A stretch of DNA of 63,379 bases from an uncultured Anaerolineales bacterium (GTDB taxonomy: Bacteria; Chloroflexota; Anaerolineae; B4-G1): positions 1 to 63,379 of the forward strand of contig CAYMHT010000004.1 of assembly GCA_964390305.1 (NCBI GenBank), written 5' to 3'. The notes beneath the pieces were generated by a model. It was given only the letters and a program-made list of their open reading frames with translations. It made no database searches and was not told the DNA's origin. The position numbers and the translations under genes are program-made. Of this stretch, positions 18,600-27,099 are shown piece by piece. Positions within the stretch are counted from its first letter, which is position 1; every line of letters begins with the position of its first letter.

Positions 18600-19028
18600 G
18601 TGCCTGCCTATGTTCTGATTCTTGACGATAGCTCGGCCATGGTAAACACGCTGGACAGTATTCTCACAAGCCACGGGTGCCGGGTGGAGGCCTATGGCGA
18701 CGGCGAGGCGTGCTGGCAGCGCCTGGCAGCTGCCGCAAACGGCAGAATCCCCGTCCCGGATTTGTTGTTGTTTGATCTGAACGTGCCCGGCCTGGACGGA
18801 TTGGGGCTTCTTAGTCGGATCCGCGCCGAGGAGCGCCTTGCACGGATGCCGGTGATCGTTCTCACCGCGGAGACAGACGCGCAGACCCGCGCGAAGGCCC
18901 TGGTAGCGGGGGCGACCGACTATCTGTCCAAGCCGGTTGAGCTTTCTGAGCTTCTGGACCGCGTGGGGATGCTCGCAGCAAGGCGACAGCTAACGCATTC
19001 CTTTTTCCGAAGCGGGCAACGCCTGTAG
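18600..19028 (+). CDS. stand-alone response regulator receiver protein (CheY-like)
   Basis: 142 aa. VLILDDS ... LLLFDLNVPGLDG ... PVIVLTA ... DYLSKP. GTG start after GGAGGCGG. Confidence 0.85.
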   Translation: MPAYVLILDDSSAMVNTLDSILTSHGCRVEAYGDGEACWQRLAAAANGRIPVPDLLLFDLNVPGLDGLGLLSRIRAEERLARMPVIVLTAETDAQTRAKALVAGATDYLSKPVELSELLDRVGMLAARRQLTHSFFRSGQRL

Positions 19029-19062
19029 TTGTCCTCGCGCCGCTCGCAGCGCCCGCGACGCG

Positions 19063-19305
19063 CTAGGGGCCAGATTCCTCCTCGATCAGATGGCGTGCCC
19101 TCTCAGCGTGATTCCTGGGCACCAGGACTCGCACCTCCCCCAGCCCGTCTACGGTGATGCCGATGACCGGACCAACGCTCTCGTAGTCCAAGAGCACGGG
19201 GATACCCGCTGCTTCCAGCTTGGCCTTGATCACCTGTGCTCTGATGAGGCCTGCAGCGGTGTATATTGTGGTCAGATTTGAGAAGCGTGATGATTCTCGT
19301 TTCAT
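19063..19305 (-). CDS. DUF2007-like small protein
   Basis: 80 aa from ATG 19305 (AAGGAGGT upstream). LIRAQVIKAKLEAAGIPVLLDYES ... VLVPRNHAERARHLI. Confidence 0.65.
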   Translation of the reverse strand: MKRESSRFSNLTTIYTAAGLIRAQVIKAKLEAAGIPVLLDYESVGPVIGITVDGLGEVRVLVPRNHAERARHLIEEESGP

Positions 19306-19351
19306 CGGCGACCTCCTTTGCCTCTGAACAGTGTCCTTCAAATGAATACAT

Positions 19352-19379
19352 TTGTCAAACGGCCTGGAGATGGTATAAT
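19352..19379 (+). promoter_or_regulatory. sigma-70-type promoter candidate for the 19422-21458 two-gene operon
   Basis: TTGTCA (19352-19357), 16 nt, TATAAT (19374-19379) with TGG extended -10. Confidence 0.6.
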
Positions 19380-19421
19380 TCGCGCTGTTGTCTTGATGAA
19401 CCACACGGAGGAAATCACAAG

Positions 19422-21002
19422 TTGATTCGAAGGCAGACTCAGACTTCGGACTACTGGGCCGACTACGCGATCACCTCTGAGGATCTTCAGTATCTGAGCA
19501 CTCTGCTGGTTGAGGACGAACTCCCCCGTTCCACGGAGGAGTTGTCTCATGCATTGGTCGTGCACCATGCGCGCCAGGAGAAGGCAGTCATAGAGCGTGC
19601 GCTTTCCAAGGGAACTCCCTACCGCCCGAAGGAAAGCTATCAGCCTGGCGAGCGCGTGGTCTTCCCGGCGCTCGATTACCGCTCGGGTGAGGTTGTAGCT
19701 GTTCGGCCTGGTCATAACCCGGAATATGATCCGTTCAAGGTGATCAAGGTCAGGTTTGACGGCGGGGAGGAGCGGGAGTTCGCGGCTGAATTTGAGAACG
19801 GGCATCCGCTCAACCAAACCGAGTCAGGCGCTGCGGGTACGGAGGAGCTCCGTTCGCCTGAGGAACTGGCCTCGTCGTACACGCCCTTAATTGAGGACAA
19901 ACTCGAGGAACGCCTCGAGTCGGAAACCGATTTTATCCGCTTGGCGGATAAATGGTTCCGGCGGGATCTGTTGGTCGAGGTGCACGCAGGCCATTTGAAC
20001 CTGGCGGAGGCGGTGCTCGACGTGGCTGATGGAGGCCCTCTACCCACCGAGGCGCTCCTGGGCGACGTTGAGTTACCCGAAGACATCTCGCCTCAGCTGC
20101 GCATCTTCTCCTTGAACTACGCGCTTCAGCAGGATGAGCGGTTCGATGAGGTCGGGCCGGCTGGGGAGGTGCTCTGGTACCTGAATCGACTGGAGCCGGA
20201 ATCGATTAAGGAGACCCCGATCTACCTCGAGTATGAGCCTCTGGCGTACGAGCCGCCGTTGCTGACGAGTGAGATGCGGTCCCTGGAGCGTCAGCTGGAT
20301 GACGAATGGTCTGATCTCGAGCCTCCACGTGAGGTTTCGGAACCGGTGGAGATCGTGCTCATCTACCCCCACTGGAGGTGTGGCACCCTTCCGCTCTCGA
20401 ATCGATTGTCACACGTCTTTCCGTCTGCGCGCACGGATCGCATCCGGTTCACTCTCGTCGACGGAGACACCGGCGAGGAGATGCCGGGTTGGGTGGTCCA
20501 GAAAGGGCGCTACGTCTATGGGCTGAAGGAGTGGTACCGGGACAACGACATTCCCGTGGGGGCCTATCTGGAGATCTCGCGCGGTGACGGGCCGGATGAG
20601 GTCATCGTTTCGCCTCGTAATCGGCGAGGGCGGAGGGAGTGGGTCCGCGTGGCCATGCTCAGGCAAGGTAGTCTTGTCTTTGAGATGCACAAGGAAGAGA
20701 TCGCGTGCGATTATGATGAGCTTATGGTGCTGGCGACCGCCGATCTGGAGGGGTTGGAGAAGCTGTGGAAGCGCGTTCGAAAGGAGGACCTGTCCCTCGC
20801 CCAGGTCGTTGAGGAGGTGTTCCCAGAGCTGGTTAAGCTCAGCCCGCAGGGCAACGTCCACGCGGCGACGCTATATAGCGCGGCAAACGTCATGATGCGC
20901 ACCCCACCGGGTCCCTTGCTTGAGGTGCTGGTTACCAGCGACAGGTACGCTCCGGTGGGGGACAATTATTGGGTGCTGCACACCGGCTCGAGTGGAGCAT
21001 AG
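19422..21002 (+). CDS. acidic hypothetical protein (about 526 aa), possible C-terminal HARE-HTH-like domain
   Basis: TTG 19422 lies 8 nt after GGAGGA; the longest ORF starts at 19266. The C-terminal LSLAQVVEEVFPELVKLSPQGNVHAATLYSAANVMM...DRYAPVGDNYWVL resembles HARE-HTH endings (my recollection of the family). Confidence 0.7.
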   Translation: MIRRQTQTSDYWADYAITSEDLQYLSTLLVEDELPRSTEELSHALVVHHARQEKAVIERALSKGTPYRPKESYQPGERVVFPALDYRSGEVVAVRPGHNPEYDPFKVIKVRFDGGEEREFAAEFENGHPLNQTESGAAGTEELRSPEELASSYTPLIEDKLEERLESETDFIRLADKWFRRDLLVEVHAGHLNLAEAVLDVADGGPLPTEALLGDVELPEDISPQLRIFSLNYALQQDERFDEVGPAGEVLWYLNRLEPESIKETPIYLEYEPLAYEPPLLTSEMRSLERQLDDEWSDLEPPREVSEPVEIVLIYPHWRCGTLPLSNRLSHVFPSARTDRIRFTLVDGDTGEEMPGWVVQKGRYVYGLKEWYRDNDIPVGAYLEISRGDGPDEVIVSPRNRRGRREWVRVAMLRQGSLVFEMHKEEIACDYDELMVLATADLEGLEKLWKRVRKEDLSLAQVVEEVFPELVKLSPQGNVHAATLYSAANVMMRTPPGPLLEVLVTSDRYAPVGDNYWVLHTGSSGA

Positions 21003-21011
21003 GTTCTAGCT

Positions 21012-21458
21012 ATGGCTGAGATGACGATTCCGGCATCGCTCCGAGAACTGGTGAGGCCGACCCTGGATACCCCTTTTCACATTGACTATGATTGGTGGGA
21101 GCGGAAGGACCTCGATATCAGCGTTGAACTCCGATCTCACCTCTGCAAGGAGCACCGAGAGGCTTTCGGACGGGAGTTTGACGCCGAAGAGAAGATCGAC
21201 TGGATTGACGATAGAACGGGCGAAGTACGACGCGTGAACGGTCTGCAGCATGTCTTGCGCATCCACTGTAGTCAACAGGATGACTACATCAACGACGGCC
21301 TGCCGTTGATTGACGCGGTCTTTCGGGCGTTCCTGGCCGGAGGTAACAAGCCCCTGACGCCCAGGGAGCTGGGCAGCATTACGGGACGGTATCCTGAGCG
21401 GATCCTCCGGACGTTAGCCGGACGCCGAGTCTACAAGGGGATTCGGCCCGTTCGATAG
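21012..21458 (+). CDS. hypothetical protein (148 aa)
   Basis: ATG 9 nt after the upstream stop. Coding-like composition; no family recognised. Confidence 0.65.
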   Translation: MAEMTIPASLRELVRPTLDTPFHIDYDWWERKDLDISVELRSHLCKEHREAFGREFDAEEKIDWIDDRTGEVRRVNGLQHVLRIHCSQQDDYINDGLPLIDAVFRAFLAGGNKPLTPRELGSITGRYPERILRTLAGRRVYKGIRPVR

Positions 21459-21479
21459 CTGTCCGCGGCTTCGACGATC

Positions 21480-21516
21480 AGCGCCACGATTGCTGTCGTG
21501 GCGCTTCGCTTTTTTG
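21480..21516 (+). terminator. intrinsic terminator
   Basis: AGCGCCACG-attgctgt-CGTGGCGCT stem-loop followed by TCGCTTTTTTG. Confidence 0.8.
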
Positions 21517-21573
21517 TGCAGGCATACGACACGATTAATCGCCAACCCTGAAGTCCCCTGCCAGGCCGATTGC

Positions 21574-21602
21574 TTGACAGCGGGGTGCCCTCGGGTTAGA
21601 AT
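21574..21602 (+). promoter_or_regulatory. consensus-like sigma-70 promoter for tRNA-Arg
   Basis: TTGACA (21574-21579), 17 nt, TAGAAT (21597-21602). The tRNA starts about 15 nt downstream. Confidence 0.75.
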
Positions 21603-21616
21603 GCTTGTGAGACAGA

Positions 21617-21690
21617 GCCCCAGTAGCTCAACTGGATAGAGCATCGGACTTCTAATCCGAGGGCTGCAGGTTCAAGTCCTGCCTGGGGTA
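21617..21690 (+). tRNA. tRNA-Arg (anticodon TCT)
   Basis: Cloverleaf by hand: acceptor GCCCCAG/CTGGGGT, D arm GCTC..GAGC, anticodon stem TCGGA/TCCGA with loop CTTCTAA (TCT at 21651-21653), T arm GCAGG-TTCAAGT-CCTGC, discriminator A. CCA not encoded. Confidence 0.9.
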
Positions 21691-21738
21691 CTCGCGTATG
21701 GGGCGCAGGTCCTCGCCTTTGACCAAGTTCGCTGCTCA

Positions 21739-21768
21739 GGGCACATCAACGTGTGCCCTTTTCTGTTT
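21739..21768 (+). terminator. intrinsic terminator after tRNA-Arg
   Basis: GGGCACA-tcaacg-TGTGCCC followed by TTTTCTGTTT. Confidence 0.8.
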
Positions 21769-21804
21769 GAATGACAGCCAGGCGTGCATGAACGGGAGGG
21801 AGCG

Positions 21805-23472
21805 ATGAAGGTCGTCACCGTGGATGAGATGCAGCGCATCGAAGCTGACGCAGACGCTAACGGGCATTCCTACTCGGCGATGATGGAGCAGGCCGGTAGG
21901 GCGGTTGCCCAGGCGATTGCCGCGAGGCGACGCGTACGCGACAAGCGAGCGCTAGTTATGGTCGGCCCGGGCAACAACGGTGGCGATGGACTGGTAGCGG
22001 CGCGCTATCTCAGCGAAGCGGGTGCTCACGTAACCTGCTACCTGTACAAGGAACGCAACCCCGTTGAGGACGACAACTTCCGTCTGGTCCTGGAGGGAGA
22101 TGTGCGCGCCGTCTCTGCCACAGACGACGAAGAATGGCAGAGACTCCGAGAACTGGTTGCTGAGGTCGACATCTTGGTAGATGCGCTGTTAGGGACGGGT
22201 ACGCGGTTGCCCTTACGGGGCAAGCTCGCTGATATGCTGGCTGTCGTCCGCCCGATTGTCGCTGACCGCAGACGACCCTCCGCTGGCGCTCTTGAGCCTC
22301 TGATTCCCCGCCCGGTGCTGGGTGGAGCCGAAGGGATTCTCGTCGTCGGCGTAGACGGCCCGACGGGGCTGGCATACGAGACTGGTGAGCTTGACGAGCT
22401 AGCAATACCTGTTGATCTTACGGTTACGTTCGCCTATCCCAAGGTCGGGCACTTCCGTTTCCCGGGTGCTGGAGCGGTTGGCGAGTTGCTGGTAGCCGAC
22501 ATCGGCATCGACCCGGCTTTGTCGGAGGATGTCACCCTGGAGGTGGTCACTCCGGCGATGGTCCGCGACTGGCTCCCTCTCCGTCCGCTCGATGCGCACA
22601 AGGGCACCTTCGGCAAAGCCATGGTCGTCGCTGGCTCGGTCAACTACACCGGTGCAGCTTACCTGGCCGGTGCTGCGGCAACCCGGGCGGGGGCTGGCTT
22701 GGTCACCGTGGCCTTGCCAGGAGCGATTCACAGGGTCGTTGCGTCTCGCTTGGCGGAGGCGACCTACGTGCTGCTTCCTGACGCCATGGGAGTGCTCAGT
22801 GCAGACGGGGCCGACGTTTTGCGGAACGAGCTAGAGGGATACGACGCGCTCTTGGTAGGCCCAGGTCTCGGTCACCAGAAAGAGACCGCGACCTTCATCG
22901 ATAGGCTACTGGGAGGCGGTGAGAAGCGGCGATCGTTGGGATTTCTGAGCGGCGAGGCGAATGCGCCGGTCCGCCACGACCTTCCTTCCCTGGTGGTGGA
23001 TGCCGATGGACTGAATATCTTATCCGAGATGGACCGTGGTCCTGAGCGACTCCCCCCTGGCAGTATCCTTACGCCTCATCCAGGCGAGATGGCCCGTCTG
23101 ACGGGCGGTTCCGTCGCCGACGTGCAGAAGGACCGACTGGAAGTCGCTCGGTCGTCGGCTGCTGAGTGGGGGCAGGTCATCGTGTTGAAGGGTGCGTATA
23201 CGGTCGTAGCCGGACCGGATGGGAGGACTGCCCTTGAACCCTTCGCCAATTCTGGGTTGGCGACGGCCGGCACTGGCGATGTGCTCGCTGGCACGATCGC
23301 TGCCCTGCGGGCACAGGGCGTCGCGGCCTTCGAGGCGGCGGCGGCGGGGGCGTATGTCCATGGGTTGGCCGGCGAACTGGCGCGTGAGAGGGCTGGCGCG
23401 GTGGGAATGGTGGCCGGAGATGTGCTGGCTCGTCTGCCAGAGGCGCTGCAGCGCGTCGGTGCCGCCGAGTGA
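21805..23472 (+). CDS. nnr: bifunctional NAD(P)H-hydrate repair enzyme (epimerase + ADP-dependent dehydratase)
   Basis: N-terminal YjeF_N domain (MVGPGNNGGDGLVAARYL) and C-terminal carbohydrate-kinase-like domain (HKGTFGKAMVVAGS, GTGDVLAG). ATG 21805 after GGGAGGGAG. Confidence 0.9.
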   Translation: MKVVTVDEMQRIEADADANGHSYSAMMEQAGRAVAQAIAARRRVRDKRALVMVGPGNNGGDGLVAARYLSEAGAHVTCYLYKERNPVEDDNFRLVLEGDVRAVSATDDEEWQRLRELVAEVDILVDALLGTGTRLPLRGKLADMLAVVRPIVADRRRPSAGALEPLIPRPVLGGAEGILVVGVDGPTGLAYETGELDELAIPVDLTVTFAYPKVGHFRFPGAGAVGELLVADIGIDPALSEDVTLEVVTPAMVRDWLPLRPLDAHKGTFGKAMVVAGSVNYTGAAYLAGAAATRAGAGLVTVALPGAIHRVVASRLAEATYVLLPDAMGVLSADGADVLRNELEGYDALLVGPGLGHQKETATFIDRLLGGGEKRRSLGFLSGEANAPVRHDLPSLVVDADGLNILSEMDRGPERLPPGSILTPHPGEMARLTGGSVADVQKDRLEVARSSAAEWGQVIVLKGAYTVVAGPDGRTALEPFANSGLATAGTGDVLAGTIAALRAQGVAAFEAAAAGAYVHGLAGELARERAGAVGMVAGDVLARLPEALQRVGAAE

Positions 23473-23493
23473 CCCCCCCGCACAGAAAGGCGA

Positions 23494-23523
23494 ACGTCCC
23501 TTCGGGATGAAGGGACGTCTTTT
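23494..23523. terminator. intrinsic terminator, possibly bidirectional
   Basis: ACGTCCCTTC-gggat-GAAGGGACGT (10-bp stem) followed by CTTTTC on the plus strand; a T-containing tract also follows on the minus strand. Confidence 0.75.
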
Positions 23524-23718
23524 CCCTGGCCAGGGCGCTTAGGCAAAGACCCTGCCAATCCATTGTAAGGCCATCGGGGGGATGCCGCCCGGCAGCCTCT
23601 CAGCGAAGCAGGTCCCGCGTTGTCCCTGGCTGGCGGCGCCAGCGCAGGCACCCTTTACCCGCCACAGCTTCACCGGGCTCTTCCCGGCCTGCGCTCTTGT
23701 GTTCTCGGTCCAGCTCGT

Positions 23719-24081
23719 CTAAGCGGCTTCTGCTTCTCCCTCAGCTGGCGCTTCTTCTGCGACCTCCTGGGCAGCCCGCTTTGTCTCCTCGACCGCCTTC
23801 GTCATCTGCTCCTGCGCCTCCTTCAGAACCTTCTGACTGCGGCGCTGGGTCTCCTCTGCGCGGCGCCTGATGTCCGCGGCGACGGCCTCGGCCTTAGCGC
23901 GGGCTTCGGTCAAGGTCTCTTCTGCTTGCGTGCGAAGCTCAGTGCTTCGCTTCCGGATTTCCTCTCGTGTCTCTTCTCCCGACTGAGGGGCCAAGAGCAG
24001 CGCCGCCGCTGCACCCACCAATCCGCCCATCAAGAAGCCAGAGAAGAACGCACCGAACTCACTACCGTTATTGTTGCTCAT
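23719..24081 (-). CDS. YtxH-domain protein
   Basis: MSNNNGSEFGAFFSGFLMGGLVGAAAALLLAPQSGEETREEIRKRS, then a charged coiled region. GAGGAGGT before ATG 24081. Confidence 0.85.
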   Translation of the reverse strand: MSNNNGSEFGAFFSGFLMGGLVGAAAALLLAPQSGEETREEIRKRSTELRTQAEETLTEARAKAEAVAADIRRRAEETQRRSQKVLKEAQEQMTKAVEETKRAAQEVAEEAPAEGEAEAA

Positions 24082-24128
24082 CGAATACCTCCTCTTCCTT
24101 CGTGCCAAGCGCGAACGATCTAATCGAA

Positions 24129-24650
24129 CTAGGTCCCGTCGTCGCCTTTGCGCAGCCGGGTGATCTCCCTAAGGACGCGACGTGCACCGGCCAGATTGCT
24201 CGACCACTTCATCACCGGCGATACCACGTTATGGCTGACAAACTTGGTCGTGCCCCGCACTGTTGTCATCGTTTCATTTGCCGCCTCGAGCATGGGCCTG
24301 ATCTCATCTCTCAGCAATACAATTAGCGACTGAAGCTGTAGCATCAAGATGATCAGCAGCACCCCGATGATCAAGGTCTCGAACGCCACGAACACGATGG
24401 CTGCATCGCGCAGTAGCGCGACCACAACGCCGCCAGGACTCGGCCCAACATCTGCTCTTGCCGCTTGATAGGCGTTGATTGAGAGGAAGACCATCACCAC
24501 AACCAGGCCCATCAGGAGCAGGGCGGCGATGACCGCGCCGGCGATGAACCAGCGGCGTGCGCGCCGCTCTGCAGACGACTCTTCGCTTACCTCTGGCTGC
24601 GACGATAGAGGAAGATCCGCTCCGACCTCCTCTTGAGTTCGATCTTTCAT
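24129..24650 (-). CDS. membrane protein, DUF948-like
   Basis: 173 aa with two TM helices. C-terminal LLRDEIRPMLEAANETMTTVRGTTKFVSHNV resembles DUF948; pairing with YtxH is typical of Gram-positives. Confidence 0.6.
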   Translation of the reverse strand: MKDRTQEEVGADLPLSSQPEVSEESSAERRARRWFIAGAVIAALLLMGLVVVMVFLSINAYQAARADVGPSPGGVVVALLRDAAIVFVAFETLIIGVLLIILMLQLQSLIVLLRDEIRPMLEAANETMTTVRGTTKFVSHNVVSPVMKWSSNLAGARRVLREITRLRKGDDGT

Positions 24651-24660
24651 GACTAGTCAA

Positions 24661-25740
24661 TTATAGCATAGAATTTTGAGCTTCACAAATCGTACCGCCA
24701 CCCAACACGACGTCACCCCTGTACAGTACCAGAGACTGGCCGGGCGTGATGGCCCGCTGCATCGCGTCAAAGCGCACTTGAGCTCGGTTGCCCGGCAGAG
24801 GCTGTACGGTGACGGGGGCCGGTTGGGCTCGATAGCGAATCTGCGCTTCACCACGGAAGACAGTCGCTGGTTTCTGTCCACTGATGTAATGCATCTTCTC
24901 CACCAGACAGCCGCCCGCTCCTAGCTCCGCTGCTGTTCCAACGATGAGGGCGTTCTCCTCTGGCCTGATGCCGATGACATAGAATGGCTCCGACGCCGAG
25001 ATCCCCAGGCCCTTTCGCTGCCCGATCGTATACGCGGCAAGCCCCCGGTGCCGGCCCACCAGACGGCCCTCGCTGTCGCGGATCGGTCCCGGCTTCAGCG
25101 CGCCCGGAGCATGCTTGGCCAGAAATCGGCGATAGTCCCCATTCCCCAGAAAGCAGATGTCATGGCTCTCAGCCCGGTCTGCCACGGGCAGGCCGTTCCT
25201 CCTGGCGATGTCGCGAACGGCCTCCTTCTTCAGTTCGCCTAGAGGGAAGAGGACGTGCCTCAGTTGCTTCTGGGTCAGAGTATGGAGGAAGTACGATTGG
25301 TCCTTGACCGCGTCCCGACCACGCAAGAGCCGGTAGCGTCCGTCGACTTGGTCCACGCGTGCGTAGTGTCCTGTGGCCAAATTGTCGGCTCCCTCTGCCA
25401 GGGCACACTCCATCAGCAGCCCAAAGCGAACCAGACGATTACAGGGGATACACGGGTTTGGCGTTCGACCGGCAGCATACTCGGCGATGAAATAGTCGAC
25501 AACGTCTCTCTGGAAGGCACGTTGGGCGTCGATCAATCGAAACGGGATGCCAATTTGTTCGCTGATGGCACGCGCCCGATCTATAGCTTCGGGGGTCGGT
25601 ACAGCGCTCCCATCCCGCCCCCCTCGCAGGCGAAGGGTCATCGCGCTGAGTTCGTACCCACGCTCCGCAAGGAGCGCCGCTGCGACGGCGCTGTCCACCC
25701 CCCCGCTCAGCGCGACTGCGACTTGCGACGGGTCAGTCAT
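24661..25740 (-). CDS. mnmA: tRNA 2-thiouridine(34) synthase
   Basis: PP-loop VALSGGVDSAVAA, NPCIPCN, DQSYFL. The ATG overlaps the upstream stop as ATGA. Confidence 0.93.
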   Translation of the reverse strand: MTDPSQVAVALSGGVDSAVAAALLAERGYELSAMTLRLRGGRDGSAVPTPEAIDRARAISEQIGIPFRLIDAQRAFQRDVVDYFIAEYAAGRTPNPCIPCNRLVRFGLLMECALAEGADNLATGHYARVDQVDGRYRLLRGRDAVKDQSYFLHTLTQKQLRHVLFPLGELKKEAVRDIARRNGLPVADRAESHDICFLGNGDYRRFLAKHAPGALKPGPIRDSEGRLVGRHRGLAAYTIGQRKGLGISASEPFYVIGIRPEENALIVGTAAELGAGGCLVEKMHYISGQKPATVFRGEAQIRYRAQPAPVTVQPLPGNRAQVRFDAMQRAITPGQSLVLYRGDVVLGGGTICEAQNSML

Positions 25741-26906
25741 TCCCGGCCTCGCAATCGTGATATGATGCCGGGCAGCACATCCAGAACGCGGTCTATATCC
25801 TTCTCATCATTACGCCTGCCGAGCGTGAGGCGGAGGCTCCCGACCCCCCACTCAGGTGGAACTCCCATGGCTTCGAGCACAGACGAAGGTTCCACCTCGC
25901 CTTCCGCGCACGCTGCCCCCGAGCTGGCGGCGATTCCTTCCATATCGAGCGCCTGAACGATCGATTCGCCCTCCACGCCCAGGAACACGAAGCTCGCGTG
26001 ATGGGCCAGCCGATGGGTCGGATGGCCAGTGAGCCGGCTGTCCGGCACGCGTGCCAGGATCCCTTCGATAAGCCTGTCCCGCAGGGATCGTAAGCGGACA
26101 TATTCTTTCGTCCGTTCTTCTTCCGCCAGCTGTAGAGCGGTCGCCAGCCCCACGGCGCCGGCGACGTTCACAGTGCCAGGGCGGCGCCCTCGCTCGTGGT
26201 CGCCCCCGGTGATCGGCGGGATCAGGTCGGTGTCACGTCGGACGTAGAGCAACCCGATGCCCTTTGGGCCGTGAAACTTGTGGGCGGACAGAGTGATCAG
26301 ATCTACGTTCATCTCGTCGAGTTCCAACGGAAGCCGACCTGGCACCTGAACAGCGTCGGTGTGGAACGGGACGTCCTTCTCGCGGCAGATCCGCCCGATC
26401 TGAACCATCCGCTGCACCGTGCCAACTTCGTTGTTGCCCATGACCACGCTCACCAATACTGTCTGAGGGCGGATGGCGGTCGAAATATCGTCTGGGTTCA
26501 CGAGCCCGTGTCTGTCTACAGGCACGCGGGTTACCTCGAACCCAAACAGGCTCCGCAACTGGTCGGCAGTGCGCCCCACGGCGTGATGCTCGACGGGGGT
26601 GGTGACGATGTGACTCCCGTGCCCTGCCTCGCGAGCGGCCAACGCTACACCTCGCAGTGCCAGGTTGTCGGCCTCGGTGCCCGAGCCTGTGAACACAATC
26701 TCGGAAAGACGGCAGCCCAGTACATCGGCGACGGTCTGGCGAGCGCCCTCCAGTGCGTTGGCGGCCTCGCGCCCGAAGGCGTGGGAAGACTCGGTGTTGG
26801 CGAACACCTCACTCCAATAAGGTGCCATCGCCTCCACGACCCGCGGGTCGACTGGCGTGGTCGCTGAGTGATCGAGATAGATGGACTTGTCAGACTTCTC
26901 AGGCAT
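25737..26906 (-). CDS. cysteine desulfurase (NifS/IscS class)
   Basis: IYLDHSATTP, PLP-lysine context LSAHKFHGPKGIG, catalytic loop ASSGAAC. ATG 26906 chosen (conserved N-terminus, GGAGAGGA upstream); the longest ORF starts at 27038. Confidence 0.9.
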   Translation of the reverse strand: MPEKSDKSIYLDHSATTPVDPRVVEAMAPYWSEVFANTESSHAFGREAANALEGARQTVADVLGCRLSEIVFTGSGTEADNLALRGVALAAREAGHGSHIVTTPVEHHAVGRTADQLRSLFGFEVTRVPVDRHGLVNPDDISTAIRPQTVLVSVVMGNNEVGTVQRMVQIGRICREKDVPFHTDAVQVPGRLPLELDEMNVDLITLSAHKFHGPKGIGLLYVRRDTDLIPPITGGDHERGRRPGTVNVAGAVGLATALQLAEEERTKEYVRLRSLRDRLIEGILARVPDSRLTGHPTHRLAHHASFVFLGVEGESIVQALDMEGIAASSGAACAEGEVEPSSVLEAMGVPPEWGVGSLRLTLGRRNDEKDIDRVLDVLPGIISRLRGRE

Positions 26907-26934
26907 GGTTACGATCCTCTCCAAACGTTTCTGC

Positions 26935-26963
26935 ATTCTAGCACACGGCAGATCCAGCGTCAA
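26935..26963 (-). promoter_or_regulatory. sigma-70-type promoter candidate for the cysteine desulfurase-mnmA operon
   Basis: Minus strand TTGACG (26963-26958), 17 nt, TAGAAT (26940-26935). Confidence 0.65.
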
Positions 26964-26991
26964 ACCCGGCAACCAGCCTAGGGGGCATGCA

Positions 26992-27019
26992 TTGACTTCT
27001 GCAGCTAGTTCGTTATACT
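26992..27019 (+). promoter_or_regulatory. sigma-70-type promoter candidate for the DUF3160 lipoprotein gene
   Basis: TTGACT (26992-26997), 16 nt, TATACT (27014-27019). Confidence 0.6.
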
Positions 27020-27099
27020 CGTCTGTGTCGGATCCCATTCAGAAGTCCGCTGTCGGGGCGTCTCATATCCAACTGCGGGTCATGAGGAGGTTAGCTGCC

